Assembly (NCBI RefSeq): GCF_006345805.1
Contig: NW_021835967.1
Span: forward strand, 22,178-86,177
DNA from: Octopus sinensis
Lineage: Eukaryota
Length of the DNA stretch: 64,000 bases
Direction of reading: 5' to 3'
A program made the position numbers and the translations under genes. Of this stretch, positions 1-14,060 are shown piece after piece (positions within the stretch are counted from its first letter, which is position 1; every line of letters begins with the position of its first letter). The notes under the pieces are model-generated. The model saw nothing but the letters and a program-made list of their open reading frames with translations. It was not told the origin of the DNA and did no database searches.

Positions 1-259
1 ACAGATTGATAGATAGGTAGGTAGATAGATAGATAGATTGAGTAGGAAGGGAGGAAAAGCATAGAATGCTAGCGGTAGTAGGAAGTGGAGGAGCGCTAGA
101 GTGAACGAGGGAAAGGGAGAGATAAGGCTAATGTTGCAGTTAGTGCAAGCTGGCATGATACAAATGGGAGAACTACTGCTGCTACGAATGCACTTGTTCT
201 GCTGTAGTTGTTCCAGCGAAGACGACAGAGATCGTCCTGGTGATGACGGGAACGGTGGC

Positions 260-975
260 GACGGCTGTGATGGCAGTGGTGGTGGTGGTGGTGGTGGTGA
301 GGGGTTACGGTCATTGCTGTGGCGGTAGTGGTGGTGATGATGGTGATTGGGGCGGTGGTGATTGTGATAGTGTTGATGATGGAGGTGGCGGTAGTGGTAG
401 TGGCGGTGGCGGTGGTGGCGGTGGTGGTGGTGGTGGGGTTATAGTCGTTGCTGTGGTGGTGGTGATGAGGATGGCGGTGGCATTTGTAGTGATAATGAAA
501 GTGAAAGTGAAAGTGATTCCCATGATAGGGACGGTGATGGTGGCGGTGGTGATGGCAGAGGTGATGGTGGCGGCAGAGGTGGCGGTGGTGGCGGCAGAGG
601 TGATGGTGGTGGTGGTGGTGGCGGCAGAGGTGATGGTGGCGGTGGTGGCGGTGGTGGCGGCAGAGGTGATGGTGGCGGTGGTGGCGGTGGTGGCGGCAGA
701 GGTGGCAGTGGCGGTGGTGGCGGCAGAGGTGATGGTGGCGGTGGCGGCAGAGGTGGCGGTGGTGGCGGTGGTGGCGGCAGAGGTGATGGTGGCGGCAGAG
801 GTGGCGGTGGCGGTGGTGGCGGCAGAGGTGATGGTGGCGGTGGTGGCGCTAGTGGTGATGATTCTGGTTACTGCTGTTGCAATCCTTATAGTCATAATGA
901 TGGTCGTGTTGTTGTTGTTGCTGTCGGTGGTGGTGGTGGTGGTGGTGGTGGTAGTTGTGAAAGTAATTGCCATAA

Positions 976-1006
<31 letters not shown>

Positions 1007-1145
1007 TGTAGTGGTGGCGGCAGTGGCAGTGGTTACGGATGCTGCTGCTGTACTCGTTTGTGGTGGTGATGGCAATGATGGTGGCGGGAGTGGTGGTGAC
1101 AGTGATAGTGGTGGCGGTGGCAGCGGTGGTGGTGGTGGTGGTATT
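260..1145. repeat. Degenerate (GGT/GGC/GAT/AGT)n trinucleotide tract with an internal gcagaggtgatggtggcg repeat
   Basis: Direct inspection. Confidence 0.8.
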
Positions 1146-1567
1146 TGCGTTATTGTTTGCAGCAATCATGGAAGCTGTCATGTGAGCATAGTGTATGTAA
1201 CGTGTGTGTGGTGTGTTTATGTACCCGTATGTATGTGTCACGCATTGCATTGCATTGCTTTCAAATTTTGGCACAAGGCCAGCAATTTTTTTTTGGGGTG
1301 GGGGTGGGGGTGGGGAAGCGGGTGTAAGACGATTACATCGACCCCCCTCCCCAATACTCAGTTGGTCCTTATTTTATCGATTCCCCCAAAAAAGATGAAA
1401 GGCAGGCTAAGTCGACCTTAGTGGAATTTGAACTCAGAACGCGAAGATAGACAAAATGCTGCTAAACATTTTACCTGGTATGCTGATGATTCTGACAGCT
1501 AAAGCCTTATCATTCTGCATCATATTAACTGTCTATCTGTCTGTCAGTCTGTCTATCTATCTATCTG

Positions 1568-1662
<95 letters not shown>

Positions 1663-1749
1663 ATCTATCTATCTATCTATGATATATTTCTGTCTGTCTG
1701 TCTCTCTATCTATCTATCTATCTTTCTATCTATCTATCTATGATATATT

Positions 1750-1908
<159 letters not shown>

Positions 1909-1964
1909 GTGATATATTTCTGTCTGTCTGTCTGTCTATCTGTCTATCTATCTATCTATCTCAC

Positions 1965-2270
1965 GGCAGCCTCCCTATAATCTAACATTTTTGACCAAGG
2001 TTACCGTGTGACTTTTCCATAGGCTATTCTTCCCATGGATAAACCTTATCTGCTTCCCCCTTTACACTTTACACCATGACACTGTTATACACAATCCCTA
2101 TTGATCGGTTTCCCCCCCCCTTTTTTTTCTTTTCTTCTTTACCTTTTACGATCCCTTTTGATCAAAAACCTAACCCACCTATTTTTTTTCTCTCCCCAAA
2201 AAAGAAAAGCTCTATTTTGTAATCTGTCCCGTCTGTGTGCAGCCCTGTGTGGCTAATAAAGAAACATATC
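1965..2270 (+). mobile_element. LINE-like 3' end terminating in gctaataaagaaacatatct next to (ATCT)n
   Basis: Homologous copies at 26690-26890 (+) and 34615-34830 (-). Confidence 0.55.
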
Positions 2271-2420
2271 TGTCTATCTGTCAGCTATCTATGTTTGTCT
2301 GTGAGTCTGTCTGTCTGTCTACCTATCTATCTATCTATCTGTTTGTCTATCTATATTTGTCTATTTGTCTATCTTGAATAATTAGACAGCTGAATCAACC
2401 CTATGCCTATTATTTATATT

Positions 2421-2810
2421 ATAGGAGTGGCTGTGTGGTAAGTAGCTTGGTTCTGGGTTCAGTCCCACTGCGTGGCACCTTGGGCAAGTGTCTTCTGCTA
2501 TAGCCCCGGGCCAACCAAAGCCTTGCGAGTGGATTTGGTAGATGGAAACTGAAAGAAGCCTGTCGTATATATGTATATATATATATGCGTGTGTGTTTGT
2601 GTTTGTGTGTCTGTGTTTGTCCCCCTAGCATTGCTTGACAACCGATGCTGATGTGTTTATGTCCCCGTTACTTAGCGGTTCGGCAAAAGAGACCGATAGA
2701 ATAAGTACTGGGCTTACGAAAGAATAAGTCCCGGGGTCGTGTTGCTCGATTAAAGGCGGTGCTCCAGCATGGCCACAGTCAAACGACTGAAACAAGTAAA
2801 AAAAAAAAAA
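2421..2810 (+). mobile_element. tRNA-derived SINE family A (CORE-like ccttgggcaagt block)
   Basis: A-box tggctgtgtggtaag, B-box ggttcagtccc, internal (TA)/(TG) tract, 3' tail gactgaaacaagtaaaa. Confidence 0.85.
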
Positions 2811-3151
2811 AAAAGAAACAAAATACAAAAATGGGACAACAAAACATCCAGACAGACGATACAAGAAAAACAAGGACGGGTCATTCGGAGTTTTCTCACT
2901 CTGTGCTTTCCATTCATTTTTGATGAAATCTACAAGCTAACTTGGGACATCTTGACGACAAAATAACCTTCATTTAACTAAGGTATCCTCAGCCTGATGA
3001 TTAGCTAGTGGAGTACCCTTCATTGAGGAATTACTACTTCCATGGTTCTGCTTGCTGGGAAACATATGTAACTTGGATTTTACCTGCTCCGTTCCCTAAA
3101 CTTACAACATTCTACATCAATAAACCACTGTTGTTTCTGAAAGTTGTCTTT

Positions 3152-3950
3152 TATACCTATTTCTTTATTACCCACAAGGGGCTAAACATAGAGGGGACAA
3201 ACAAGGACAGACAAACGGATTAAGTCAATTATATCGACCCCAGTGCGTAACTGGTACTAATTTAATCGACCCCGAAAGGATTAAAAGCAAAGTCGACCTC
3301 GGTGGAATTTGAACTGAGAACGTAACGCTAGACGAAATACCTATTTCTTTATTACTCACAAGGGGCTAAACACAGAGAGGACAAACAAGGACAGACATAG
3401 GTATTAAGTCGATTACATCGACCCTAGTGCATAACTGGTACTTATTTAATCGACCCCGAAAGGACGAGAGGCGAAGTCGACCTCGGCGGAATTTGAACTC
3501 AGAACATAACAGCGGCAGGCAAAATACCTATTTCTTTACTACCCAGAAGGGGCTAAACACAGAGAGGACAAACAAGGAAAGACAAATGGATTAAGTCGAT
3601 TATATTGACCCCCAGTGCGTAACTGGTACTTATTTAATCGACCCCGAAAGGATGAAAGGCAAAGTTGACCTCAGTGGAATTTGAACTCAGAACGTAACAG
3701 CGGCAGACGAAATACCTATTTCTTTACTACCCACAAGGGGTTAAACACAGAGGGGACAAACAAGGACAGACATAGGTATTAAGTCGATTATATCGACTCC
3801 AGTGCGTAACTGGTACTTATTTAATCGACTCCGAAAGGATGAAAGGCAAAGTCGAACTCAGTGGAATCTGAACTTAGAACGAAGCGGCAGATGAAATACC
3901 GCTAAGCAGTTCGTCCAGCGTGCTAACGTTTCTGCCAGCTTGCCACCTTA
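3152..3950 (-). mobile_element. tRNA-derived SINE family B, head plus 4 tandem ~185-bp bodies
   Basis: Head ggcggcaagctggcagaaacgttagcacg at about 3950-3900; body gttctgagttcaaattcc...gactttgcctttcatcctttcggggtcgat...aaagaaatag repeated. Confidence 0.85.
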
Positions 3951-4711
3951 TATAATTACCTCCCCCAATGCCCCCACCCCTTGTCTTTTATACCTTCTAT
4001 GGACTGCTCAAAGCTCATCAACATCCTGCTTCTGGATACTTGGATCTCACCTGTATGTATAATTACCTCACCCCCCCAATGCCCTCTCCTCTTGCAAAAG
4101 ATTTTCGTAATACAACTTACTTGGTGACCCTGTCAGTGCAGGTGCCACTTAAGAAGCATCCAGTCCACACTGGACCCCTTCCATACCAGTATCCGCCAGC
4201 AAGTTGTCGATATAGGTCGTCTTCCTCCTTCCTCTCCTGGTTCTTCCTTCTGTTGGTTGCCAGAGCACTAGCCTGTTAGCAATTTATTGCACGGAAAATT
4301 TAACAACAAAATCCTATGTGGACCCTGAAGGGCTATTTGGATCCCAGTTGAGAATCACTGGGCTAGAGTGGGCCTGAGGAGGTATTTATGGCAACCAGTC
4401 CATGGAGTTTGGACAGGAGAGTATAAAGTCCTTGTTTTGACCCCTCTTTCTTTTGCTCACCTTGTACAATGATGGTCTACCCAGATATCTCTTCCCAGCT
4501 TCAAGATGTGTGAGTGTGTGTACACATACTCACATATCATCATCATCATCATTGTTTAACGTCTGTTTTCCATGTTGGCATGGGTCGGACAGTTTGACAT
4601 GGAGGTGGCCAGCTGGAAGCTGTCCAGACTCCAACTGTCTCTCATGGCACGGGTTCTATGGCTGTGGATGCCCTTCCTAACGTCAACCACTTAACAGAGT
4701 GTGGTGGGTGC

Positions 4712-5803
4712 TTCTTATTTCTTTACTGCCCGCAAGGGGCTACACACAGAGGAGACAAACAAGAACAGACAAACGGATTAAGTCGATTACATCGACCCCA
4801 GTGCATAACTGGTACTTAATTTATCGACCCCGAAAGGATGAAAGGCAAAGTCGACCTAAGCGGAATTTGAACTCAGAACGTAACGACAGACGAAATACCT
4901 ATTTCTTTACTACCCACAAGGGGCTAAACACAGAGGAGACAAACAAGGACAGACAAACGGATTAAGTCGATTACATCGACCCCAGTGCATAACTGGTACT
5001 TAATTTATCGACCCCGAAAGGATGAAAGGCAAAGTCGACCTAAGCGGAATTTGAACTCAGAACGTAGCGGCAGACGAAATACCTATTTCTTTACTACCCA
5101 CAAGGGGCTAAACACAGAGGAGACAAACAAGGACAGACAAACGGATTAAGTCGATTACATCGACCCCAGTGCATAACTGGTACTTAATTTATCGACCCCG
5201 AAAGGATGAAAGGCAAAGTCGACCTAAGCGGAATTTGAACTCAGAACGTAACGACAGACGAAATACCTATTTCTTTACTACCCACAAGGGGCTAAACACA
5301 GAGGAGACAAACAAGGACAGACAAACGGATTAAGTCGATTACATCGACCCCAGTGCATAACTGGTACTTAATTTATCGACCCCGAAAGGATGAAAGGCAA
5401 AGTCGACCTAAGCGGAATTTGAACTCAGAACGTAACGACAGACGAAATACCTATTTCTTTACTACCCACAAGGGGCTAAACACAGAGGGGACAAACAAGG
5501 ACAGACATAGGTATTAAGTCGATTACATCGACCCCAGTGCATAACTGGCACTTAATTTATCGACCCCGAAAGGATGAAAGGCAAAGTCGACCTCGGCGGA
5601 ATTTGAACTCAGAACGTAACGACAGACGAAATACCTATTTCTTTATTACCCACAAGGGGCTAAACACAGAGGGGACAAACAAGGACAGACATAGGTATTA
5701 AGTCGATTACATCGACCCCAGTGCGTAACTGGTACTTAATTTATCGACCCTGAAAGGATGAAAGGCAAAGTCGACCTCGGCGGAATTTGAACTCAGAACG
5801 TAG
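4712..5803 (-). repeat. Headless SINE-B tandem array, 6 x ~180 bp
   Basis: Near-identical units joined as aaagaaatag|gtatttcgtc. Confidence 0.9.
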
Positions 5804-6167
5804 CCTTTGGTGCTTCTTACGTGCCACCAGCATGCGTGTGTTTATGCAGCCCTGGAACAGCTGCTTTTTAAGTGGCACAGGCCCCTGAAAGGGCCATTCT
5901 GTATGTGTGCAACACAGTGATTTTAGTTAGCTTGATGCATCTTATCAAGTACTGCAAATCATCTCCTGGTCCCTTATCATTTCCTCAGTGAGGCCCAGCA
6001 TTCCGAAGATCCTTTCTCATCACTTCATCCCATATACTCACGCATATTGTTGTGGCACTCTGTCGGTTATGGCAACGAGGGTTCCAGTTGATCCGATCAA
6101 CGGAACAGCCTGGTCGTGAAATTAAGGTGCAAGTGGCTGAGCACTCCACAGACATGTGTACCCTTAA

Positions 6168-7398
6168 CCCTTTCATTACTGTATTTCTGTTGAGATGCTC
6201 TGTGTTTCTTTCAATTACTTTAAATATAACAAAGAATTTAGTAAAATAACTTAGTTATCATTAAGCTAATGTTAGGAACATAAATTGTGATTAAGGTTTG
6301 GTGGAAGATTTTAATTCAAAACTTATGAAAACAATACATTTGTACTACAGAGCCAGAGGTGGTTTCAACCAGGTTGGTATCGAAAGGGTTAAGAATTGTT
6401 TCTCTATTATATATTTTAACCCTCTTGTTACCATATTTCTGTTGAGATGCTCTGTGTTTCTTTCAATTATTTTAAATATAACAAAGAATTTAGTAAAATA
6501 ACTTAGTTACCATTCAGCTAGTGTTAGGAACATAAATTGTGACTAAGGTTTGGTGAAAAATTTTAATTCAAAACTTATGAAAACAAGACATTTGCACGAC
6601 AGAGCCAGAGGTGGTTTCAACCAGGTTGGTATCGAAAGGGTTAAGAATTGTTTCTCTATTATATATTTTAACCCTCTTGTTACCATATTTCTGTTGAGAT
6701 GCTCTGAGTTTCTTTCAATTAATTTTAAATATAACAAAGAATTTAGTAAAATAACTTAGTTATCATTCAGCTAGTATTAGAAACATAAATTGTGACTAAG
6801 GTTTGGTGGAAGATTTTAATTCAAAACTTATGAAAAAAAGACATTTGCACGACAGAGCCAGAGGTGGTTTCAACCAGGCTGGTATCGAAAGGGTTAAGAA
6901 TTGTTTCTCTATTATATATTTTAACCCTCTTGTTACCATATTTCTGTTGAGATGCTCTGAGTTTCTTTCAATTAATTTTAAATATAACAAAGAATTTAGT
7001 AAAATAACTTAGTTATCATTCAGCTAGTGTTAGAAACATAAATTGTGACTAAGGTTTGGTGGAAGATTTTAATTCAAGACTTATGAAAACAAGACATTTG
7101 CACGACAGAGCCAGAGGTGGTTTCAACCAGGTTGGTATCAAAAGGGTTAAGAATTGTTTCTCTATTATATATTTTAACCCTCTTGTTACCATTCTTCTGT
7201 TGAGATGTTCTGAGTTTCTTTCAATTAATTTTAAATATAACAAAGAATTTAGTAAAATAACTTAGTTATCATTCAGCTGGTGTTAGGAACATAAATTGTG
7301 ACTAAGATTTAGTGGAAGATTTTAATTCAGAACTTTTGAAAACAAGACATTTGTACTCAGAGCCAGAGCCAGTTTCAGCAGGGTTGGTAACAAAAGGG
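6168..7398. mobile_element. Five-unit tandem array of piggyBac-type MITEs inserted at the TTAA of a SINE
   Basis: Units TTAA|CCCT...AGGG|TTAA start at 6168, 6420, 6672, 6925 and 7178 (period 252-253) with a 23-nt spacer. The host SINE gtgtaccc-TTAA-cgtagttctc is split between 6167 and 7399. Confidence 0.85.
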
Positions 7399-8005
7399 TT
7401 TACGTAGTTCTCAGGGAGATTCAGCATGACACAGAGTGTGACAAGGCTGGCCCTTTGAAATACAGGTACAATAGAAACAGGAAGAAAGAGTGAGAGAAAG
7501 TTGTGGTGAAAGAGTACAGCAGGGTTCACCACCACCCCCTGCCAGAACCTCGTGGAGCTTTAGGTGTTTCTGCTCAATAAACACTCACAACGCACAGTCC
7601 AGGAATTGAAACCGCGATCCTATGACTGTGAGTCTGCTGCCCTAACCACTGGGCTATTGCGCCTCCACACATACACATATACATATTTTTATGTCACCTT
7701 CTCTTTACATTGTGTAATAGTCGTTAATTAGTGTCTTCGTTATTAAGTGATGTTCTTTGTTTCTAATCTTCTGTGAGAAATATGAAGATGCATGGCTCAG
7801 TGGTTAGAGGGTCGGACTCACAATCATGAGGTAGCGAGTTCAATTCTCGGTTCGGGCTGTGTGTTGTGTTTTTGAGCATGACACTTTATTTCACGTTACT
7901 CCAGTTTACTCAGCTGTAGAAATAAGTTGCAGCATCACTTGTGTATTCTTTTATATATAGACAATCACATATATGTGTGTGTGTGTATATATATATGTAT
8001 ATATG

Positions 8006-8395
8006 TAGGAGTGGCTGTGTGGTAAGTAGCTTGTTTACAAACCACATGGTTCTGGGTTCAGTCCCACTGCATGGCACCTTGGGCAAGTGTCTCCTGCTAT
8101 AGCCTCGGGCCGACCAAAGCCTTGTGAGTGGATTTGGTAGACGGAAACTGAAAGAAGCCCGTTGTATATATGTATATATATGTATGCGTGTTTGTGTTTC
8201 TGTGTTTGTCCCCCTAGCATTGCTTGGCAACCGATGCTGGTGTGTTTATGTCCCCGTCACTTAGCGGTTTGGCAAAAGAGACCGGTAGAATAAGTACTGG
8301 GCTTACAAAAGAATAAGTCCTGGAGTTGATTTCCTCGACTAAAGGCGGTGCTCCAGTATGGCCACAGCCAAATGACTGAAACAAAAGAGTAAAGA
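8006..8395 (+). mobile_element. SINE-A copy
   Basis: Same consensus. Further plus-strand copies at 34975-35352, 38978-39370 and 55662-56225 (internal duplication). Confidence 0.85.
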
Positions 8396-8461
8396 GTATA
8401 TATATGGCTTTTCATATATGTATATATATACATACATACAAGCATATACATACCTCAAGGA

Positions 8462-10472
8462 TGGATGGATGGAAGCACTCCGTCGGTTACGACGACGAGG
8501 GTTCCGGTGATCTGAATCAACGGAACAGCCTGCTCGTGAAATTAACGTGTAAGTGGCTGAGCACTCCACAGACAGACACGTGCACCCTTAACGTAGTTCT
8601 CGGGGATATTCAGTGACACAGAGAGTGACAAAGCCGGCCCCTTGAAATACAGGTACAACAGACAAAAAAAACAGGAAGTAAGAGTGAAAGAAAGTTGTAG
8701 TGAAAGAGTACAGCAGGGATCACCACCATCCCCTGCCGGAGCCTCGGATGGAAGCACTCAGTCAGTCGGTACGACGACGAGGGTTCCGGTTGATCCGAAT
8801 CAACGAACAGCCTGCTCGTGAAATTAACGTGTAAGTGGCTGAGCACTCCACAGACACGTGCACCCTTAACGTAGTTCTCGGGGATATTCAGCGGTGACAC
8901 AGAGAGTGACAAGGCCGGCCCTTGAAATACAGGTACAACAGAAACAGGAAGTAAGAGTGAGAGAAAGTTGTGGTGAAGAGTACAGCAGGGATCACCACCA
9001 TCCCCTGCCGGAGCCTCGGATGGAAGCACTCATCGGTTACGACGACGAGGGTTCCGGTTGATCCGAATCACGGAACAGCCTGCTCGTGAAAAACGTGTAG
9101 GTGGCTGAGCACTCCACAGACACGTGTACCCTTAACGTAGTTCTCGGGGATATTCAGCGTGACACAGAGAGTGTAAAGGCCGGCCCCTTTGAAATACAGG
9201 TACAACAGAAACAGGAAGTAAGAGTGAGAGAAAGTTGTGGTGAAAGAGTACAGCAGGGATCACCACCATCCCCTGCCGGAGCCTCGGATGGAAGCACTCC
9301 GTCGGTTACGACGACGAGGGTTCCGGTTGATCTGATCAACGAACAGCCTGCTCGTAAATTAACGTGTAAGTGGCTGAGCACTCCACAGACACGTGCACCC
9401 TTAACGTAGTTCTCGGGGATATTCAGCGTGACACAGAGAGTGACAAGGCCGGCCCCTTGAAAATACAGGTACAACAGCGAGAGAAAGTTGTGGTGAAAGA
9501 GTACAGCAGGGATCACCACCATCCCCTGCCGGAGCCTCGGATGGAAGCACTCAGTCGGTTACGACGATGAGGGTTCCGGTTGATCCGAATCAACGGAACA
9601 GCCTGCTCGTGAAATTAACGTGTAGGTGGCTGAGCACTCCACAGACACGTGCACCCTTAACGTAGTTCTCGGGGGATATTCCGCGTGACACAGAGAGTGA
9701 CAAGGCCGGCCCTTTGAAATACAGGTACAACAGAAACAGGCAGTAAGAGTGAGAGAAAGTTGTGGTGAAAGAGTACAGCAGGGATCACCACCATCCCCTG
9801 CCGGAGCCTCGGATGGAAGCACTCAGTCGGTTACGACGACGAGGGTTCCGGTTGATCCGAATCACGGAAAACAACAGCCTGCTCGTGAAATTAACGTGTA
9901 GGTGGCTGAGCACTCCACAGACACGTGTACCCTTAACGTAGTTTCTCGGGGATATTCAGCGTGACACAGAGAGTGACAAAGCCGGACCTTTGAAATACAG
10001 GTACAACAGAAACAGGAAGCAAGAGTGAGAGAAAGTTGTGGTGAAAGAGTACAGCAGGGGATCACCACCATCCCCTGCCGGAGCCTCGGATGGAAGCACT
10101 CAGTCGGTTACGACGACGAGGGTTCCGGTTGATCCGAATCAACGGAACAGCCCTGCTCGTGAAATTAACGTGTAAGTGGCTGAGCACTCTCACAGACACG
10201 TGTACCCTTACGTAGTTCTCGGGGGATATTCCCGTGACACAGAGAGTGACAAGGCCGGCCCCTTGAAATACAGTACAACAAAAACAGGAAGTAAGAGTGA
10301 GAGAAAGTTGTGTGAAAGAGTACAGCAGGGATCACCACCATCCCCTGCCGGAGCCTCGTGGAGCTTTAGGTGTTTTCGCTCAATAACACTCTCAACGCCC
10401 GGTCTGGGAATCGAAACCGCGATCCTATGACCGCGAGTCCGCTGCCCTAACCACTGGGCCATTGCGCCTCCA
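8462..10472 (-). mobile_element. tRNA-derived SINE family C: one head plus 7 tandem ~270-bp bodies, with TSD
   Basis: Head ggaggcgcaatggcccagtggttagggcagc...ggtttcgattccc at 10472-10400. Bodies start near 8468, 8746, 9016, 9285, 9540, 9810 and 10088. TSD acatacctcaagga on both flanks. Confidence 0.85.
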
Positions 10473-10989
10473 CATACCTCAAGGAGAGTGAACTCTCTCT
10501 ATAACTATCCTTTCAACTTAGAGACATTTTTTCCAAAGTTGACCGTCTCTCTATCTTTTAATCTCTCTCCTCGCTCTCTCTCAATCTCTCTCCCTCTCTC
10601 TCTCAATCTCTCTCCCTCTCTCAATCTCTCTCGCTCTCTCCTAATCTCTATCTCTCAGTCTCTCTCCCTCTCTCTCAATCTCTATCTCTCTCTCCCTCTC
10701 TCTCCCTCTCTCTCAATCTCTCTCTCCCTCTCTCTCTCAATCTCTCTCTCTCAATCTCTCTCCCTCTCTCAATCTCTCTCGCTCTCTCCTAATCTCTATC
10801 TCTCAGTCTCTCTCCCTCTCTCTCAATCTCTATCTCTCTCTCCCTCTCTCTCCCTCTCTCTCTCAATCTCTCTCTCTCAATCTCTCTCCCTCTCTCAATC
10901 TCTCTCGCTCTCTCCTAATCTCTATCTCTCAGTCTCTCTCCCTCTCTCTCAATCTCTATCTCTCTCTCCCTCTCTCTCCCTCTCTCTCA

Positions 10990-11022
<33 letters not shown>

Positions 11023-11344
11023 AGTCTATCAATCTCTCTCTCTCTCTCTCTCTCCCTCTGACGAAAGGACAACCCTGTAACATCAGCATTGAACTCAGAA
11101 CGTAAAGGGCTGCTACTAAATACGGAGGGCATTTCTGACATTCTAAAACATTCCATTTCCACATCCATGGAGGCACATGTGGTTACTATTTCTAGCACGG
11201 CGATCGACCACGCGGGAGACTCCCTCCCCCCACTTCGATAGCATGTATTTTGAGGAGAGCAATGGAAGAGATAAAGAGAATGAACGAAGACGGGGGGGGA
11301 TAGAGAGAAAAGAGAAGGAATAAGGGAAGTATGACAGTCTTGCA

Positions 11345-12575
11345 GCAGAAAGTGAAGGAAAAAATCACGTGATGCACCACTCTCCGAATTCTCGCAGAAC
11401 GCGAGAACTGGAAATTTCGTCTGCCAATATCGCGCTTTCGTCACGTGATTAACGAATTTCCGGTGCCGATCGGAAAATTCCGCCGAACTCTCGCACAACG
11501 CGAGAAGTTGGATCTTTTCGGTTTGAACGGCAGTTTTTTGAAATAATTTCTGGGGAACTAAAAAATTTTAAACTTCGTATACTGGTAGAATGTGTTTATA
11601 AAACATCTTTTTCTCTTGGCTTTATTGAGAAAATTCTATATTTGTAAGAATATTTGTTGTTTTTTTTTCTTCAATTTCTGCATTTCAACCAATCAATGAC
11701 GTCTATTGAGGTACAAAACATTCTGTGCCGTATGAATATGTCCCTCGTTTAAAAAAAACAGATTGGGTTTATTTGCATTTCTGAAGAAAAAAAGATACCC
11801 TTCCCCCCACCCTAACCCAAAACAGATTGAAATGCAATAGATCGATACTAGGGTCATAATTATGGGTGACAATTTCATATGACACCACTAGAAAAATTCT
11901 GCCGTTCAAACCGAAAAGATCCAGTTTTTTTTACTTCAATTTCTGCAATTTCAACCAATCAATGACGTCTATTGAGGTAAAAACATTCTGTGCCGTATGA
12001 ATATGTCCCTCGTTTAAAAAAAACAGGATTGGGTTTATTTGCATTTCTGAAGAAAAAAAGATACCCTTCCCCCCACCACTAACCCTAAAACAGATTGAAA
12101 TGCAATAGATCGATACTAGGGTCATAATTATGGGTGACAATTTCATATGACACCGCTAGAAAAATTCTGCCGTTCAAACCGAAAAGATCCAGTTTTTTTT
12201 ACTTCAATTTCTGCAATTTCAACCAATCAATGACGTCTATTGAGGTAAAAAAACATTCTGTGCCGTATGAATATGTCCCTCGTTTAAGAAACAGATTGGG
12301 TTTATTTAAATTTGTGAAGAAAAAAAAAGATACCCTTCCCCCCACCCCAAACCCTAACCCTAAAACAGATTGAAATGCAATAGATCGATACTAGGGTCAT
12401 AATTATGGGTGACAATTTCATATGACACCGCTAGAAAAAAATGCCGTTCAAACCCAAAAAGATCCGAGAACTTGAGGTTTGCAGGCAACAGATCGTCTGT
12501 CAATCTCTCAATTTTTATCACGTGATAAAGAATTCCGTCGCCGATCGGGAAATTCCGCCGAAAGCAACGAACCAC
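11345..12575. repeat. Element containing a ~267-bp tandem array (x3) between similar CpG-rich blocks
   Basis: Units near 11665, 11930 and 12200 contain ccctaaccctaa. The block cacgtgat...gccgatcggaaaattccgccga occurs at about 11443 and 12518. Confidence 0.7.
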
Positions 12576-12779
12576 GAAATTAAGAAGTGTATAATATACA
12601 CTCACTTTTGAATTGGTGCATCTGTATAAATACGTGCGCGTATCATTTATGCGTGTATATAAATTTGTGTGTAGGGGGTGATTGGGTTTCTATACAGGCT
12701 TATAATGCCGTATGTATACAGAAGTGTGCATATAGTTTATTGAACATATATCGTATTTGCACAGTTCTGTTTTAGAATG

Positions 12780-13700
<921 letters not shown>

Positions 13701-13819
13701 ATAAATTTGTATTGTCTCCCTGGTTTTTTATGTGCTAAGCCACTTGGTGTTAAACTGATGGTATTATTAAATTAATATCTAATTTTTCACCCTCATTTAT
13801 GAATATATATATATATCGT

Positions 13820-14060
13820 GTTACATCGTCCGTTTTTCCGTCCTTGTTTCGTATACATTCGATACTTTTTCCAAGGGATCTAATGCTCTTAGCTTAGTTT
13901 TTCCTTGGGTCTGGCCAGATTGGAGCAATCTAAAGATTAATCAGCCGAAATTGCGAGGATGATCCGGTTCTTGACTGAAGATTAAAGGCTTCGAATGACC
14001 CGTCCGTGTTTTTTGTATCATCTATTTGGATGTTTTGCATTCTTGTCCCATTTTGTATTA
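13820..14060. mobile_element. Dispersed repeat found in TA tracts (possibly Penelope-related)
   Basis: Shared block tttccttggggctggccagattggagcaatc...gaatgacccgtcc; also at 54140-54550, 51480-52270 (reverse) and 2800-2960 (partial). Confidence 0.55.

Noticed and set aside
8462-10360. Many small indels between SINE-C units as biological divergence
   Set aside because: The scattered 1-2-bp homopolymer-type indels look like unpolished long-read error, so they were not interpreted.
10400-10472. tRNA genes at SINE heads (also 7600-7668, 38330-38398, 52085-52152)
   Set aside because: A and B boxes are present, but I could not form a complete cloverleaf, and each head is fused to a SINE body.
11058-11085. 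Isolated CUGANGA motifs (also 2993, 21700, and 62290 on the minus strand)
   Set aside because: No correctly placed GAAA, stem III or stem I follows, so these are at most truncated remnants.
13965-14005. HHR in the gaatgacccgtcc repeat family (also 51575, 54440)
   Set aside because: CUGAAGA is present in some copies, but GAAU replaces GAAA and stem I does not pair.
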